Below are positions 1-7,440 of a DNA stretch of 24,000 nt, in pieces; the first letter of the stretch is position 1; the number at the start of each line of letters is the position of its first letter. A program made the position numbers and the translations under genes. The stretch spans positions 1-24,000 of the forward strand of contig JAMOTQ010000014.1 in the NCBI GenBank assembly GCA_027068365.1, written 5' to 3'. The notes under the pieces were generated by a model. The model did no database searches, was not told where the DNA came from, and saw nothing but the letters and a program-made list of their open reading frames with translations. Source of the stretch: Methanocaldococcus sp. (GTDB lineage Archaea; AGJL01; Methanococci; Methanococcales; Methanocaldococcaceae).

Positions 1-35
1 AATACACTTTTTTCATAGTCCCACAAAAAATAAAA

Positions 36-124
36 CGGCGCAGGGGGGGAATCGAACCCCGAGGGCTCTCGCCCTCGACGGATCTGAAGTCCGCCCCGGG
101 CTACCAAGCCCGGTACCCCGCGCC
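36..124 (-). tRNA. tRNA-Sec (anticodon UCA), archaeal 9/4 fold
   Basis: The reverse complement reads GGCGCGGGG-TA-CCGGGCT-TGGT-AGCCCGG-G-GCGGAC..CTTCAGA..TCCGTC-GAGGGC-GAGA-GCCCTC-GGGG-TTCGATT-CCCC-CCCTGCGCC-G. This gives a 9-bp acceptor stem, a 7-bp D stem with 4-nt loop, a 6-bp anticodon stem, loop CU-UCA-GA, a long variable arm and a 4-bp T stem. It is strongly GC-rich against an AT-rich flank. Confidence 0.9.
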
Positions 125-296
125 ACGCTATATGACTTAAATTATTGGTATCAATGGGGGTATATAAATTTTTTCAATAAGAAAAGTAATTGGGATATTA
201 AAATATTAAATAGCAAATGCTGTTTTTCAGCTTTGAAATAAAGTAAAATATTCTTTATTTTTAAAAAATTTTGCTTTAAAAGAGTGGAATAATAAC

Positions 297-304
297 GTTT
301 ATAT
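297..304 (+). promoter_or_regulatory. Candidate TATA box (TTTATATA) for the cdhD-cdhE operon
   Basis: Exact match to the methanococcal TATA consensus as I remember it, about 65 nt upstream of the ATG at 368. No transcript data. Confidence 0.4.
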
Positions 305-367
305 ATGAAATTGGTAATAGAGATATCTTAATCTATAATGATTTATAATGACAAATTGGGTGAGGTT

Positions 368-1558
368 ATGGATTTAAATGCTTTAATAAAAATTATTGAG
401 AAAATTGGAAAGGTAGAGATTGAAAACATAACAATTACAGCGGATGAGTTAATTATAAACATCCCCTCAGCCCCTCCAATAGTTATCCCTCAAACACCAT
501 CAATTAAAGAGAAATTAGCAGATGAAGGGATTATAGAAATTAAAGATGTTCCAGAGTTAGATTGGGAGCCACCAATAGAGAAATACAAGAATTCTATAAG
601 GGAAGTTCAGTTTGGAAAACCAAAATCAGAAGGAGGAAGAGGAGTTGTTGTAAAGATTGGTGGACAGAGAGCTTTATATAGATTTGAAGAACCACAACCA
701 AACCCACCAGTTGTTACTTTCGATATATTTGATATTCCAATGCCTGGATTGCCAAAACCAATTAGACAGTTTTTCCAGGATGTTATGGAAGACCCTTGTG
801 AATGGGCAAGGAAGTGTGTTAAAGAATTTGGGGCGGATATGATAACAATCCACCATATCTCAACAGACCCAAAAATTAAAGATAAAAGTCCAAAAGAAGC
901 GGCAAAACTAATGGAGGATTTGTTACAGGCAGTTGATGTGCCATTTGTTATTGGAGGAAGTGGAAACCCTCAAAAAGACCCATTGGTCTTAGAGGCGTGT
1001 GCTGAGGTTACAGAAGGGGATAGATGCCTATTAGCTTCAGCAAACTTGGAGTTGGATTATAAAAAAATAGTTGATGCCGCTATGAAATACGACCACAATG
1101 TATTGGCATGGAGTATTATGGACCCAAACATGGCAAGGGACTTGAATAGAAAATTAATTGAAGCTGGCTTAGACCCAAATAGAATTGTTATGGACCCAAC
1201 AACATGTGCATTGGGTTATGGAATTGAGTTCTCAATTAATGCAATGACAAGATTGAGATTGAATGGATTAAAAGGAGATAAGTTGGTTAATATGCCAATG
1301 TCTTCTGGAACCACTAACGCTAACGGGGCAAGAGAGGCGTGGATGAACAATCCTGAATGGGGGCCGAGAGAGTATAGATTACCGTTGTGGGAGATAACTA
1401 CTGGAATTACGATGATGATGTGTGGAGTTGATTTATTCATGATGCTTAACCCTATTGCCGTAAGGACATTAAAGGAAATAGGAAAAACACTGACAACTAA
1501 ACCAGGAGAGGTTAAACTAAATACCAATAACTACGATTGGATAGTAGCAAAGGCATAA
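368..1558 (+). CDS. cdhD: Acetyl-CoA decarbonylase/synthase complex delta subunit (corrinoid/Fe-S protein small subunit)
   Basis: 396 aa from ATG 368, with GGTGAGG just upstream. The track ORF starts at ATG 338 but has no SD. The protein is recognisably CdhD-like, and the gamma subunit gene follows 31 nt downstream. Corresponds to MJ0113 from memory. Confidence 0.88.
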   Translation: MDLNALIKIIEKIGKVEIENITITADELIINIPSAPPIVIPQTPSIKEKLADEGIIEIKDVPELDWEPPIEKYKNSIREVQFGKPKSEGGRGVVVKIGGQRALYRFEEPQPNPPVVTFDIFDIPMPGLPKPIRQFFQDVMEDPCEWARKCVKEFGADMITIHHISTDPKIKDKSPKEAAKLMEDLLQAVDVPFVIGGSGNPQKDPLVLEACAEVTEGDRCLLASANLELDYKKIVDAAMKYDHNVLAWSIMDPNMARDLNRKLIEAGLDPNRIVMDPTTCALGYGIEFSINAMTRLRLNGLKGDKLVNMPMSSGTTNANGAREAWMNNPEWGPREYRLPLWEITTGITMMMCGVDLFMMLNPIAVRTLKEIGKTLTTKPGEVKLNTNNYDWIVAKA

Positions 1559-1589
1559 AAACATTTTTACTTAATTTAAAGGTGATAGA

Positions 1590-3062
1590 ATGCCAAAAAA
1601 GATTAGTGCAATGGACATTTATAAGTTATTACCAAAAGCAAATTGTAAAAAATGTGGCTACCCATCATGTATGGCATTTGCCGCTAAATTATTAGAAAAA
1701 GAGGCAACGCTTGACCAATGTCCTATATTGGACACACCAAAATTTAAAAAAAATAAAGAGAAAATTTTAGAACTCATTTCTCCACCAGTGAAAGAAGTTT
1801 GGTTTGGAAATGATGAAAGAAAGGCAGTTATGGGTGGAGACGAAGTAATGTATAGATATCAGTTGTCATTCTTCAATCCAACACCAATTGGTATTGACAT
1901 AAGTGATGAGTTGAGTGAAGAGGAGATTAAAAATAGAGCTAAGGAGATAGAAAACTTTGTATTTGAAAGAACTGGGGAAAAGCTAAAATTGGACTTTATT
2001 GTTATAAGGAATGCCTCTGGAAATGCTGAGAAGTTTAAAAAAGCTATTGAGATAGTTGAGAAAGAGACAAAAATGCCTATCTGCATTGCTTCACTAAACC
2101 CAGAGGTTATAAAAGAAGCTTTAAAAGTAGTAAAATCAAAACCAATGGTCTATGCCGCAACAAAAGAAACATTAAATGATTTCATAAAAGTTATTAAAGA
2201 GCTTAAAAAAGAGAAAGATGTTGTTTTAGTTCTATCATCAAACAATGTCAAGGACTTAAAAAACATGGCGGCAAAGTGCTTAGCCAATGGAATTGAGGAT
2301 TTGGTCTTAGAGCCCCATACCTATCCAGAAAATATTGCTGAAACGTTGGATTTAAATGTAATGATTAGAAGGAGTGCAATTGAGAGGGAAGATAAATATC
2401 TTGGATTCCCAATATTGAACCTACCAATCAACGCCTATTATTATGCCTTAAAAAATGATTGCCCAATCTCTGGATTCTTTGAGGATAAAGAAGTTGTTGC
2501 TAAAATGTTCGAGGCAACTATTGCGGCTACATTATTAAACAGATATGCAGATGCTTTAATTATGCATGGGATGGATATTTGGGAGTTAATGCCAGTCCTA
2601 ACATTGAGACAGTGTATTTACACAGACCCAAGAAAACCACAGGCAGTTGAACCCGGCTTGTATCCAATCGGCAACCCAGATGAAAACAGCCCAGTTATAT
2701 TAACAACGAACTTCTCATTAACGTTTTATACTGTTACTGGGGACTTTGAAAAGGATAACGTTACCTGCTGGCTATTGGTTATGGATACTGGGGGAAAGGC
2801 AGTTGATGTTTCAGTTGCAGGGGGACAATATTGTGGAGAGAATGCTAAAAAATTAATTGAAGAGACAGGAATAGCTGAAAAGGTAAATCATAGGATTATA
2901 ATTCTGCCTGCATTAGCGGCTTCGACAAGGGGAGATATTGAAGATAAGACAGGATGGACGTGTGTTATTGGAACGAGAGATTCCTCCCAAGTTGGAGAGT
3001 TTTTAAGAAAGAACTGGGATAGGATATTAAAAGAATGGAAAGAGAAAAATAAAATTAATTAA
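1590..3062 (+). CDS. cdhE: Acetyl-CoA decarbonylase/synthase complex gamma subunit (corrinoid/Fe-S protein large subunit)
   Basis: 490 aa with GGTGA 4 nt upstream. The N-terminal CX2CX4CX16CP cluster motif (CKKCGYPSCMAF...QCP) is typical of the gamma subunit. Operonic with cdhD. MJ0112 from memory. Confidence 0.9.
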   Translation: MPKKISAMDIYKLLPKANCKKCGYPSCMAFAAKLLEKEATLDQCPILDTPKFKKNKEKILELISPPVKEVWFGNDERKAVMGGDEVMYRYQLSFFNPTPIGIDISDELSEEEIKNRAKEIENFVFERTGEKLKLDFIVIRNASGNAEKFKKAIEIVEKETKMPICIASLNPEVIKEALKVVKSKPMVYAATKETLNDFIKVIKELKKEKDVVLVLSSNNVKDLKNMAAKCLANGIEDLVLEPHTYPENIAETLDLNVMIRRSAIEREDKYLGFPILNLPINAYYYALKNDCPISGFFEDKEVVAKMFEATIAATLLNRYADALIMHGMDIWELMPVLTLRQCIYTDPRKPQAVEPGLYPIGNPDENSPVILTTNFSLTFYTVTGDFEKDNVTCWLLVMDTGGKAVDVSVAGGQYCGENAKKLIEETGIAEKVNHRIIILPALAASTRGDIEDKTGWTCVIGTRDSSQVGEFLRKNWDRILKEWKEKNKIN

Positions 3063-3069
3063 TTTAAAC

Positions 3070-3075
3070 TTTTTT
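3070..3075 (+). terminator. Oligo-T tract after cdhE
   Basis: T6 run 8 nt after the cdhE stop. Archaeal terminators are oligo-T tracts. Confidence 0.35.
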
Positions 3076-3099
3076 AGCATATTAATTTTATTCTCAATT

Positions 3100-3431
3100 T
3101 AAAAACTTTTTAAAACTTATCTTTTATTTTTAGGATTTTTATCAAATTTCTAAGGGTAGGGTATTTTAATGATTTTATTTATTTGGATTTATTAAATTAT
3201 AGTGAGTTTTAAAAGAGTTTGATTAATTATTCTTAGTTTGATATTTACTCAATAAATAACTTAGATTTTAGTAATTAAATGTTTTAAAGTTCTTTTTATA
3301 ATTGTAGGGAAAAGTTTAAATATTAGTGAGGGTATATAAATAAAAGTGGTTACCTACCCTTCGACAAAAATGGTATAGAAAAGCTTAAATATTAGAAGTG
3401 AATAAAATAACAACATCTCGAATGATTGCCC
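3100..3431 (+). promoter_or_regulatory. CRISPR leader 1 (long repeat); left boundary approximate
   Basis: Homologous to 9550-9880. The 5' block TTTTTATCAAATTTCTAAGGGTAG(G/A)GTATTTTAATGATTTTATTTATTT and a ~150-nt 3' block are nearly identical, while the middle has diverged. Contains TATATAAATA (3333-3342) and two copies of AAG(T/C)TTAAATATTAG (about 3312-3326 and 3381-3395). Ends directly at repeat 1. Confidence 0.85.
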
Positions 3432-4415
3432 GTTAAAATCAGACCGTTTCGGTATGGAAACAAGATTTTAAAGCTTGCTGATTTTGGTAATGTTAGTTTG
3501 TTAAAATCAGACCGTTTCGGTATGGAAACCCATTCTTGCAGGTATAATTATTATTGTTTTATAAACATAAATGGTTAAAATCAGACCGTTTCGGTATGGA
3601 AACTGAATTTTTGTTGAATTCTACTTATTTAGCTTTCCAATGTGTTAAAATCAGACCGTTTCGGTATGGAAACATGCAAAAGAAACTTACGAAGCTTAAA
3701 AAACAATTAAAAAGTTAAAATCAGACCGTTTCGGTATGGAAACGCAAAGAAAGTAGCAAAGGAAAAAGAACTGGTAGAATATTCGTTAAAATCAGACCGT
3801 TTCGGTATGGAAACTGAATTTTTGTTGAATTCTACTTATTTAGCTTTCCAATGTGTTAAAATCAGACCGTTTCGGTATGGAAACTACTGTCTTTTGGTTA
3901 TCACCCCCGTTATTTGTTGTGTTAAAATCAGACCGTTTCGGTATGGAAACTTAACTTTTATATTGAATACTTTCACTTGGAACTGTTGAAATGTTAAAAT
4001 CAGACCGTTTCGGTATGGAAACTACTGTCTTTTGGTTATCACCCCCGTTATTTGTTGTGTTAAAATCAGACCGTTTCGGTATGGAAACTTAACTTTTATA
4101 TTGAATACTTTCACTTGGAACTGTTGAAATGTTAAAATCAGACCGTTTCGGTATGGAAACTTTCTTAAAAACACTTCTCCTTCAGTTCTACTACGTTAAA
4201 ATCAGACCGTTTCGGTATGGAAACGAACTTTTTATTAAGCTTATTAAGTCATCTAAGTCATTGTTAAAATCAGACCGTTTCGGTATGGAAATATCTATTC
4301 TTAAAATTTTTTTCATTTTTCATATCTCCGTTAAAATCAGACCGTTTCGGTATGGAAATTATGCAGATATTTTCACAATCCTCAACATTAAAAATCTTAA
4401 CGTTAAAATCAGACC
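3432..4415 (+). CRISPR. CRISPR array 1: 14 full 30-nt repeats, 14 spacers (11 unique), plus a 14-nt start of a 15th repeat
   Basis: Repeat GTTAAAATCAGACCGTTTCGGTATGGAAAC. Repeat starts: 3432, 3500, 3574, 3644, 3714, 3785, 3855, 3921, 3993, 4059, 4131, 4195, 4263, 4330, and partial at 4402. Spacers are 34-44 nt. Repeats 13-14 end in T instead of C. Orientation follows from the upstream leader, the ATGGAAAY 3' handle and the degenerate distal end. Confidence 0.97.
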
Positions 4416-4656
4416 TCTTGGGGGTTAAGGTTTAGACATTAATTGGGGCTGAAAGCCCCAACTTAATGGATGTCGGGTATACACACCATAGAGGGGCTAT
4501 GCCCCTCTATTGGGATACTCCCCGTAATTTACACCTCCGAGCGTAAGCGAGGAGGTGTTAGGTTTTGATGAAACTTTTTCTAAAAGTTTCATAACAATAG
4601 GGCGGAGCCCTATGGAATTCAGACCTCTTGGGGGTTAAAGTTTAGACATTAATTGG
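4416..4656 (+). repeat. Array-1 terminal GC-rich hairpin module with a nested 112-bp insertion and a partial second copy
   Basis: 4416-4482 matches 11340-11406 at 60 of 67 positions by hand alignment. 4595-4618 corresponds to 11407-11432. 4483-4594 is extra sequence absent from the array-2 copy. TCAGACC occurs at 4409-4415 and 4619-4625. 4626-4656 repeats 4416-4446 with one mismatch. Confidence 0.8.
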
Positions 4657-4696
4657 AATAATCAAAATAAGTTGTTAAATAAGAAATAGTTATTTT

Positions 4697-5137
4697 TTAT
4701 GTTGTAGATTGGATAATCTTGGCTATTTTGTATGGGATTATTGCTAATATCCCCAATATTAAATATACATTTAAATTGCTAAAAATACTCCAATCTTCCC
4801 AATCCTCAAAACCCAACAGAAATCCCATGGCATTAGATATTAAAAGCAAAAAGGCAATAATTCCAATACCCAAGCCAACAATGGAAGCAGTAAATAAGTA
4901 AGAAACAGCTCTTATATCCTCACTTAAAGCTTTTTTTACCCCTAAAAAGTAAGTTATACCAATTGCCAATAAAGATAATCCACCAAATGCATCCCCTGCA
5001 AATAGTGGTAATTTGATTTCAAATCCCAGTATTGAGCAAATCCCAATTGTTATCTCAATAATTCCAGAAATTGTAAATAAAAGTCCAAATATTAAAGACA
5101 ATGTAGTTATTTTACCCTTTATATCCTTTATATCCAT
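4697..5137 (-). CDS. Small integral membrane protein, function unknown, last gene of the feo operon
   Basis: 146 aa with about four hydrophobic helices. GGTGA lies 6 nt upstream, and the start is 10 nt after the feoB stop. I recognise no family. Confidence 0.6.
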   Translation of the reverse strand: MDIKDIKGKITTLSLIFGLLFTISGIIEITIGICSILGFEIKLPLFAGDAFGGLSLLAIGITYFLGVKKALSEDIRAVSYLFTASIVGLGIGIIAFLLLISNAMGFLLGFEDWEDWSIFSNLNVYLILGILAIIPYKIAKIIQSTT

Positions 5138-5147
5138 AGGAAATCAC

Positions 5148-7157
5148 CTAAAATATTAAATTTCCAATAATTGTGATTGTCAAAGCTACTATGTATGCTA
5201 AAACCATCTCATAGGCAAGAGCAAATACTGCCCATTTCCAACCAATCTCTTGCCTTATAACCCCCAATGTTGCAATGCATGGGAGGTAGATTAAGGAGAA
5301 TGCCATAAATGCATAGGCAGAGACAGGAGTAAAGGCATTAACAATTATATTGGATAAGTTCTCTTCACCAACCCCATAAAGTATGGCTAAGCTTCCAACT
5401 ACTACCTCTTTGGCTATAACTCCAAATAACAGGGCTGAACATGCCTTCCAATCCCAACCCATTGGAGCAAATAAAGGAGCTAATGCTTTTCCAATAACTG
5501 CCGCCCATGAGTTTGATAACAACTCAGGATTTGTTAGAGCTTCTGCCCCTAAGTATCCGGAAGGTCCATAAACTGATAACAACCAAACCAGTATAACTCC
5601 AAATACAATTATAGTTCCTGCCTTTTTTAAAAAGTCATAAACCCTCTCCCAAGTATTTTTTAGAACTACCTTTAAATGTGGAATTTGATATGGAGGAAGT
5701 TCAACAATCAGATATGATGGAGATTCTTTGAATATAAACTTTCTAAATATCTTGGCTATAATTAAAGCTAAAACTACCCCAAGTGCATACATACTTAAAA
5801 CTACAAGCCCTTGATATGCTGAAAAAAATGCTCCGGCAAATAGGGCATAGATTGGCAACCTTGCAGAGCATGACATTAAAGGATTTATTAATATAGTTAA
5901 AATTCTATCTTTTTCATTTTCTATAGTTCTTGTAGCCATTATTGCAGGAACATTACAACCAAAACCCATAACTAATGGTATAATTGCCTTTCCTGGCAAA
6001 CCAAATTTGTTCATAAATCTATCTGCTATATATGGAATCCTTGCCATGTATCCGCTGTCCTCTAAGAATGATATTGCAAAGAATAGGAATGCCAATATTG
6101 GGAAAAACACTAAAACAGCCCCAACTCCTCTAATAATCCCATCAGCCAATAAAGAGGCAATAAATTCATTAGATATGGATGATTTTATAACATCCCCTAA
6201 CAATGAGAATATATAATCAATCATAGCTGAAAATGGAGCTGAAACATCAAATGTAAATTTAAATAACATCCATAAAAATGGAATTAACAGTAAAATTCCT
6301 ACTTTTTCGTCAGTTAAAACATCGTCAAGCATCTGAGTTGTTGTTAGCTTTCCAGATTTCTTTTTAACAACTTCTTTAACAATATTATCAATAACCTTAT
6401 AACGCTCTTCAATTATTCCCAAATCTGCTTCTCCATATTTTTTGGACAACTCTTCCCTTATACTATCTAAAACTGGATTTAATTCATTCCAAATTTTACT
6501 TTTTTTTATTATATCTTCAACATATTTATCATTTTCAAGTAATTTTATAGCCAAATACCTTAAATTATATTTCTTTAAATTTTCATCCTTTTGCAAGATT
6601 GAGATAATCTTTTTAATGTATGGTTCAAAATGTGGATACTTAATATTGTATTTTCTTTTATTTTTTACTTCCTCAGATATTGCCTTTTTTAAATCTTCAA
6701 TGCCAACTTTTTTAATGGCTGAAATTGGAACTACTCTAATCCCCAAAATTTTCTCTAATTTATCCACATCAATGTCTATCCCCAAAGTCCTGGCTAAATC
6801 CATTTTATTTAACGCTAATAATATATTAGCCCCCATTTCCATTAGTTGTAAGGTTAAATATAAATTTCTCTCCAAGGCAGTAGCATCAACAATATCAACA
6901 ACTAAGTCAGGTTTTTCATTTATTATATAATCCCTTGCAACAATTTCATCAATAGAATTGGCTGTTAAGCTATAAACTCCAGGTAAATCAACAACTTTAA
7001 ATTTTTTACCATTATATTCAAATTCCCCCTCTTTTTTTTCAACAGTTACGCCGGGCCAATTACCAATATAAACATTTTCTCCGGTTAGAGTATTAAATAA
7101 GGTAGATTTACCAACATTTGGATTGCCAATTAAGGCAATTTCATATCTATCGCTCAT
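5148..7157 (-). CDS. feoB: Ferrous iron transporter FeoB
   Basis: N-terminal G domain (GNPNVGKST, DLPG, NKMD) followed by a polytopic membrane domain. I place the start at ATG 7157 (MSDRYEIALIG), preceded by GAGGGAGA. The track start at 7175 is a TTG. MJ0566 from memory. Confidence 0.93.
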   Translation of the reverse strand: MSDRYEIALIGNPNVGKSTLFNTLTGENVYIGNWPGVTVEKKEGEFEYNGKKFKVVDLPGVYSLTANSIDEIVARDYIINEKPDLVVDIVDATALERNLYLTLQLMEMGANILLALNKMDLARTLGIDIDVDKLEKILGIRVVPISAIKKVGIEDLKKAISEEVKNKRKYNIKYPHFEPYIKKIISILQKDENLKKYNLRYLAIKLLENDKYVEDIIKKSKIWNELNPVLDSIREELSKKYGEADLGIIEERYKVIDNIVKEVVKKKSGKLTTTQMLDDVLTDEKVGILLLIPFLWMLFKFTFDVSAPFSAMIDYIFSLLGDVIKSSISNEFIASLLADGIIRGVGAVLVFFPILAFLFFAISFLEDSGYMARIPYIADRFMNKFGLPGKAIIPLVMGFGCNVPAIMATRTIENEKDRILTILINPLMSCSARLPIYALFAGAFFSAYQGLVVLSMYALGVVLALIIAKIFRKFIFKESPSYLIVELPPYQIPHLKVVLKNTWERVYDFLKKAGTIIVFGVILVWLLSVYGPSGYLGAEALTNPELLSNSWAAVIGKALAPLFAPMGWDWKACSALLFGVIAKEVVVGSLAILYGVGEENLSNIIVNAFTPVSAYAFMAFSLIYLPCIATLGVIRQEIGWKWAVFALAYEMVLAYIVALTITIIGNLIF

Positions 7158-7380
7158 TATTCTCCCTCTCAACAATTATCTTCATTGCCAAACCCCTGCC
7201 TATTGCTATATTACTACCTCTTGCTGATACTATAACAGGACCATTCTGATTTCTTACAACTTTTATTTTACTTCCAATATTTATTCCCATACTTGTTAAT
7301 CTCTGCATAGCTCCATAGCCAGCATTAATCTCTTTAACAATAACTTCCTCTCCTTCCTTTGCAAATGCTAATGGATACAT
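7147..7380 (-). CDS. feoA: FeoA family small iron-transport protein
   Basis: 77 aa from ATG 7380 (the track uses GTG 7389). FeoA/SH3-like sequence. Its stop overlaps the feoB start by 11 nt. Confidence 0.8.
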   Translation of the reverse strand: MYPLAFAKEGEEVIVKEINAGYGAMQRLTSMGINIGSKIKVVRNQNGPVIVSARGSNIAIGRGLAMKIIVERENNER

Positions 7381-7425
7381 AACCACCACAATATTTATAT
7401 ATGATTAAATGATGATTTAATTATA

Positions 7426-7440
7426 GTTAAAAATTTTAAC
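7426..7440. promoter_or_regulatory. Perfect 15-bp palindrome GTTAAAAATTTTAAC, candidate metalloregulator operator
   Basis: Lies in the 114-bp divergent region between feoA and the DtxR-family gene. A second dyad TTAAAT-N4-ATTTAA is at 7405-7420 and a TATA-like ATATTTATATAT at 7391-7402. Confidence 0.4.

Noticed and set aside
338-367. Longer N-terminal extensions offered by the ORF track (338, 7175, 7389, 8774, 15367, 16950, 17050, 17857, 21707, 22515)
   Set aside because: In each case a downstream ATG is preceded by a GGTGA-type SD at 4-6 nt and gives the canonical family N-terminus. Several of the extensions begin at TTG or GTG with no SD. The helicase at 20378 is the exception, where the TTG itself has the SD.
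657-2086. Short ORFs overlapping cdhD and cdhE (657-842, 674-856, 1216-1527, 1859-2086)
   Set aside because: They are embedded in or antisense to the cdh genes and have no independent support.
125-3062. Selenoprotein gene (in-frame TGA) next to tRNA-Sec
   Set aside because: The cdhD and cdhE reading frames are continuous without a TGA interruption, and no split ORF pair suggests readthrough.
3807-4428. Track ORFs 3807-3989 and 4129-4428 (60 and 99 aa)
   Set aside because: They are translations of CRISPR array 1. The periodic VKIRPFRYGN peptide is simply the repeat read in frame.
4565-4570. TGATGA (box C-like) inside the array-1 nested element, considered as a possible C/D box sRNA
   Set aside because: There is no CTGA box D at an appropriate distance and no C'/D' pair. 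The TGATGA is part of an 11-bp hairpin arm.
5383-6930. Plus-strand ORFs inside feoB (5383-5571, 6007-6216, 6442-6930)
   Set aside because: They lie antisense to a strongly recognisable FeoB, have low-complexity composition and lack an SD. Such shadow ORFs are typical of AT-rich genomes.
7409-7415. ATGATGA in the feoA/dtxR intergenic region, considered as a C/D box sRNA
   Set aside because: There is no downstream box D. The motif forms part of a dyad (TTAAAT-GATG-ATTTAA), better explained as an operator or promoter element.
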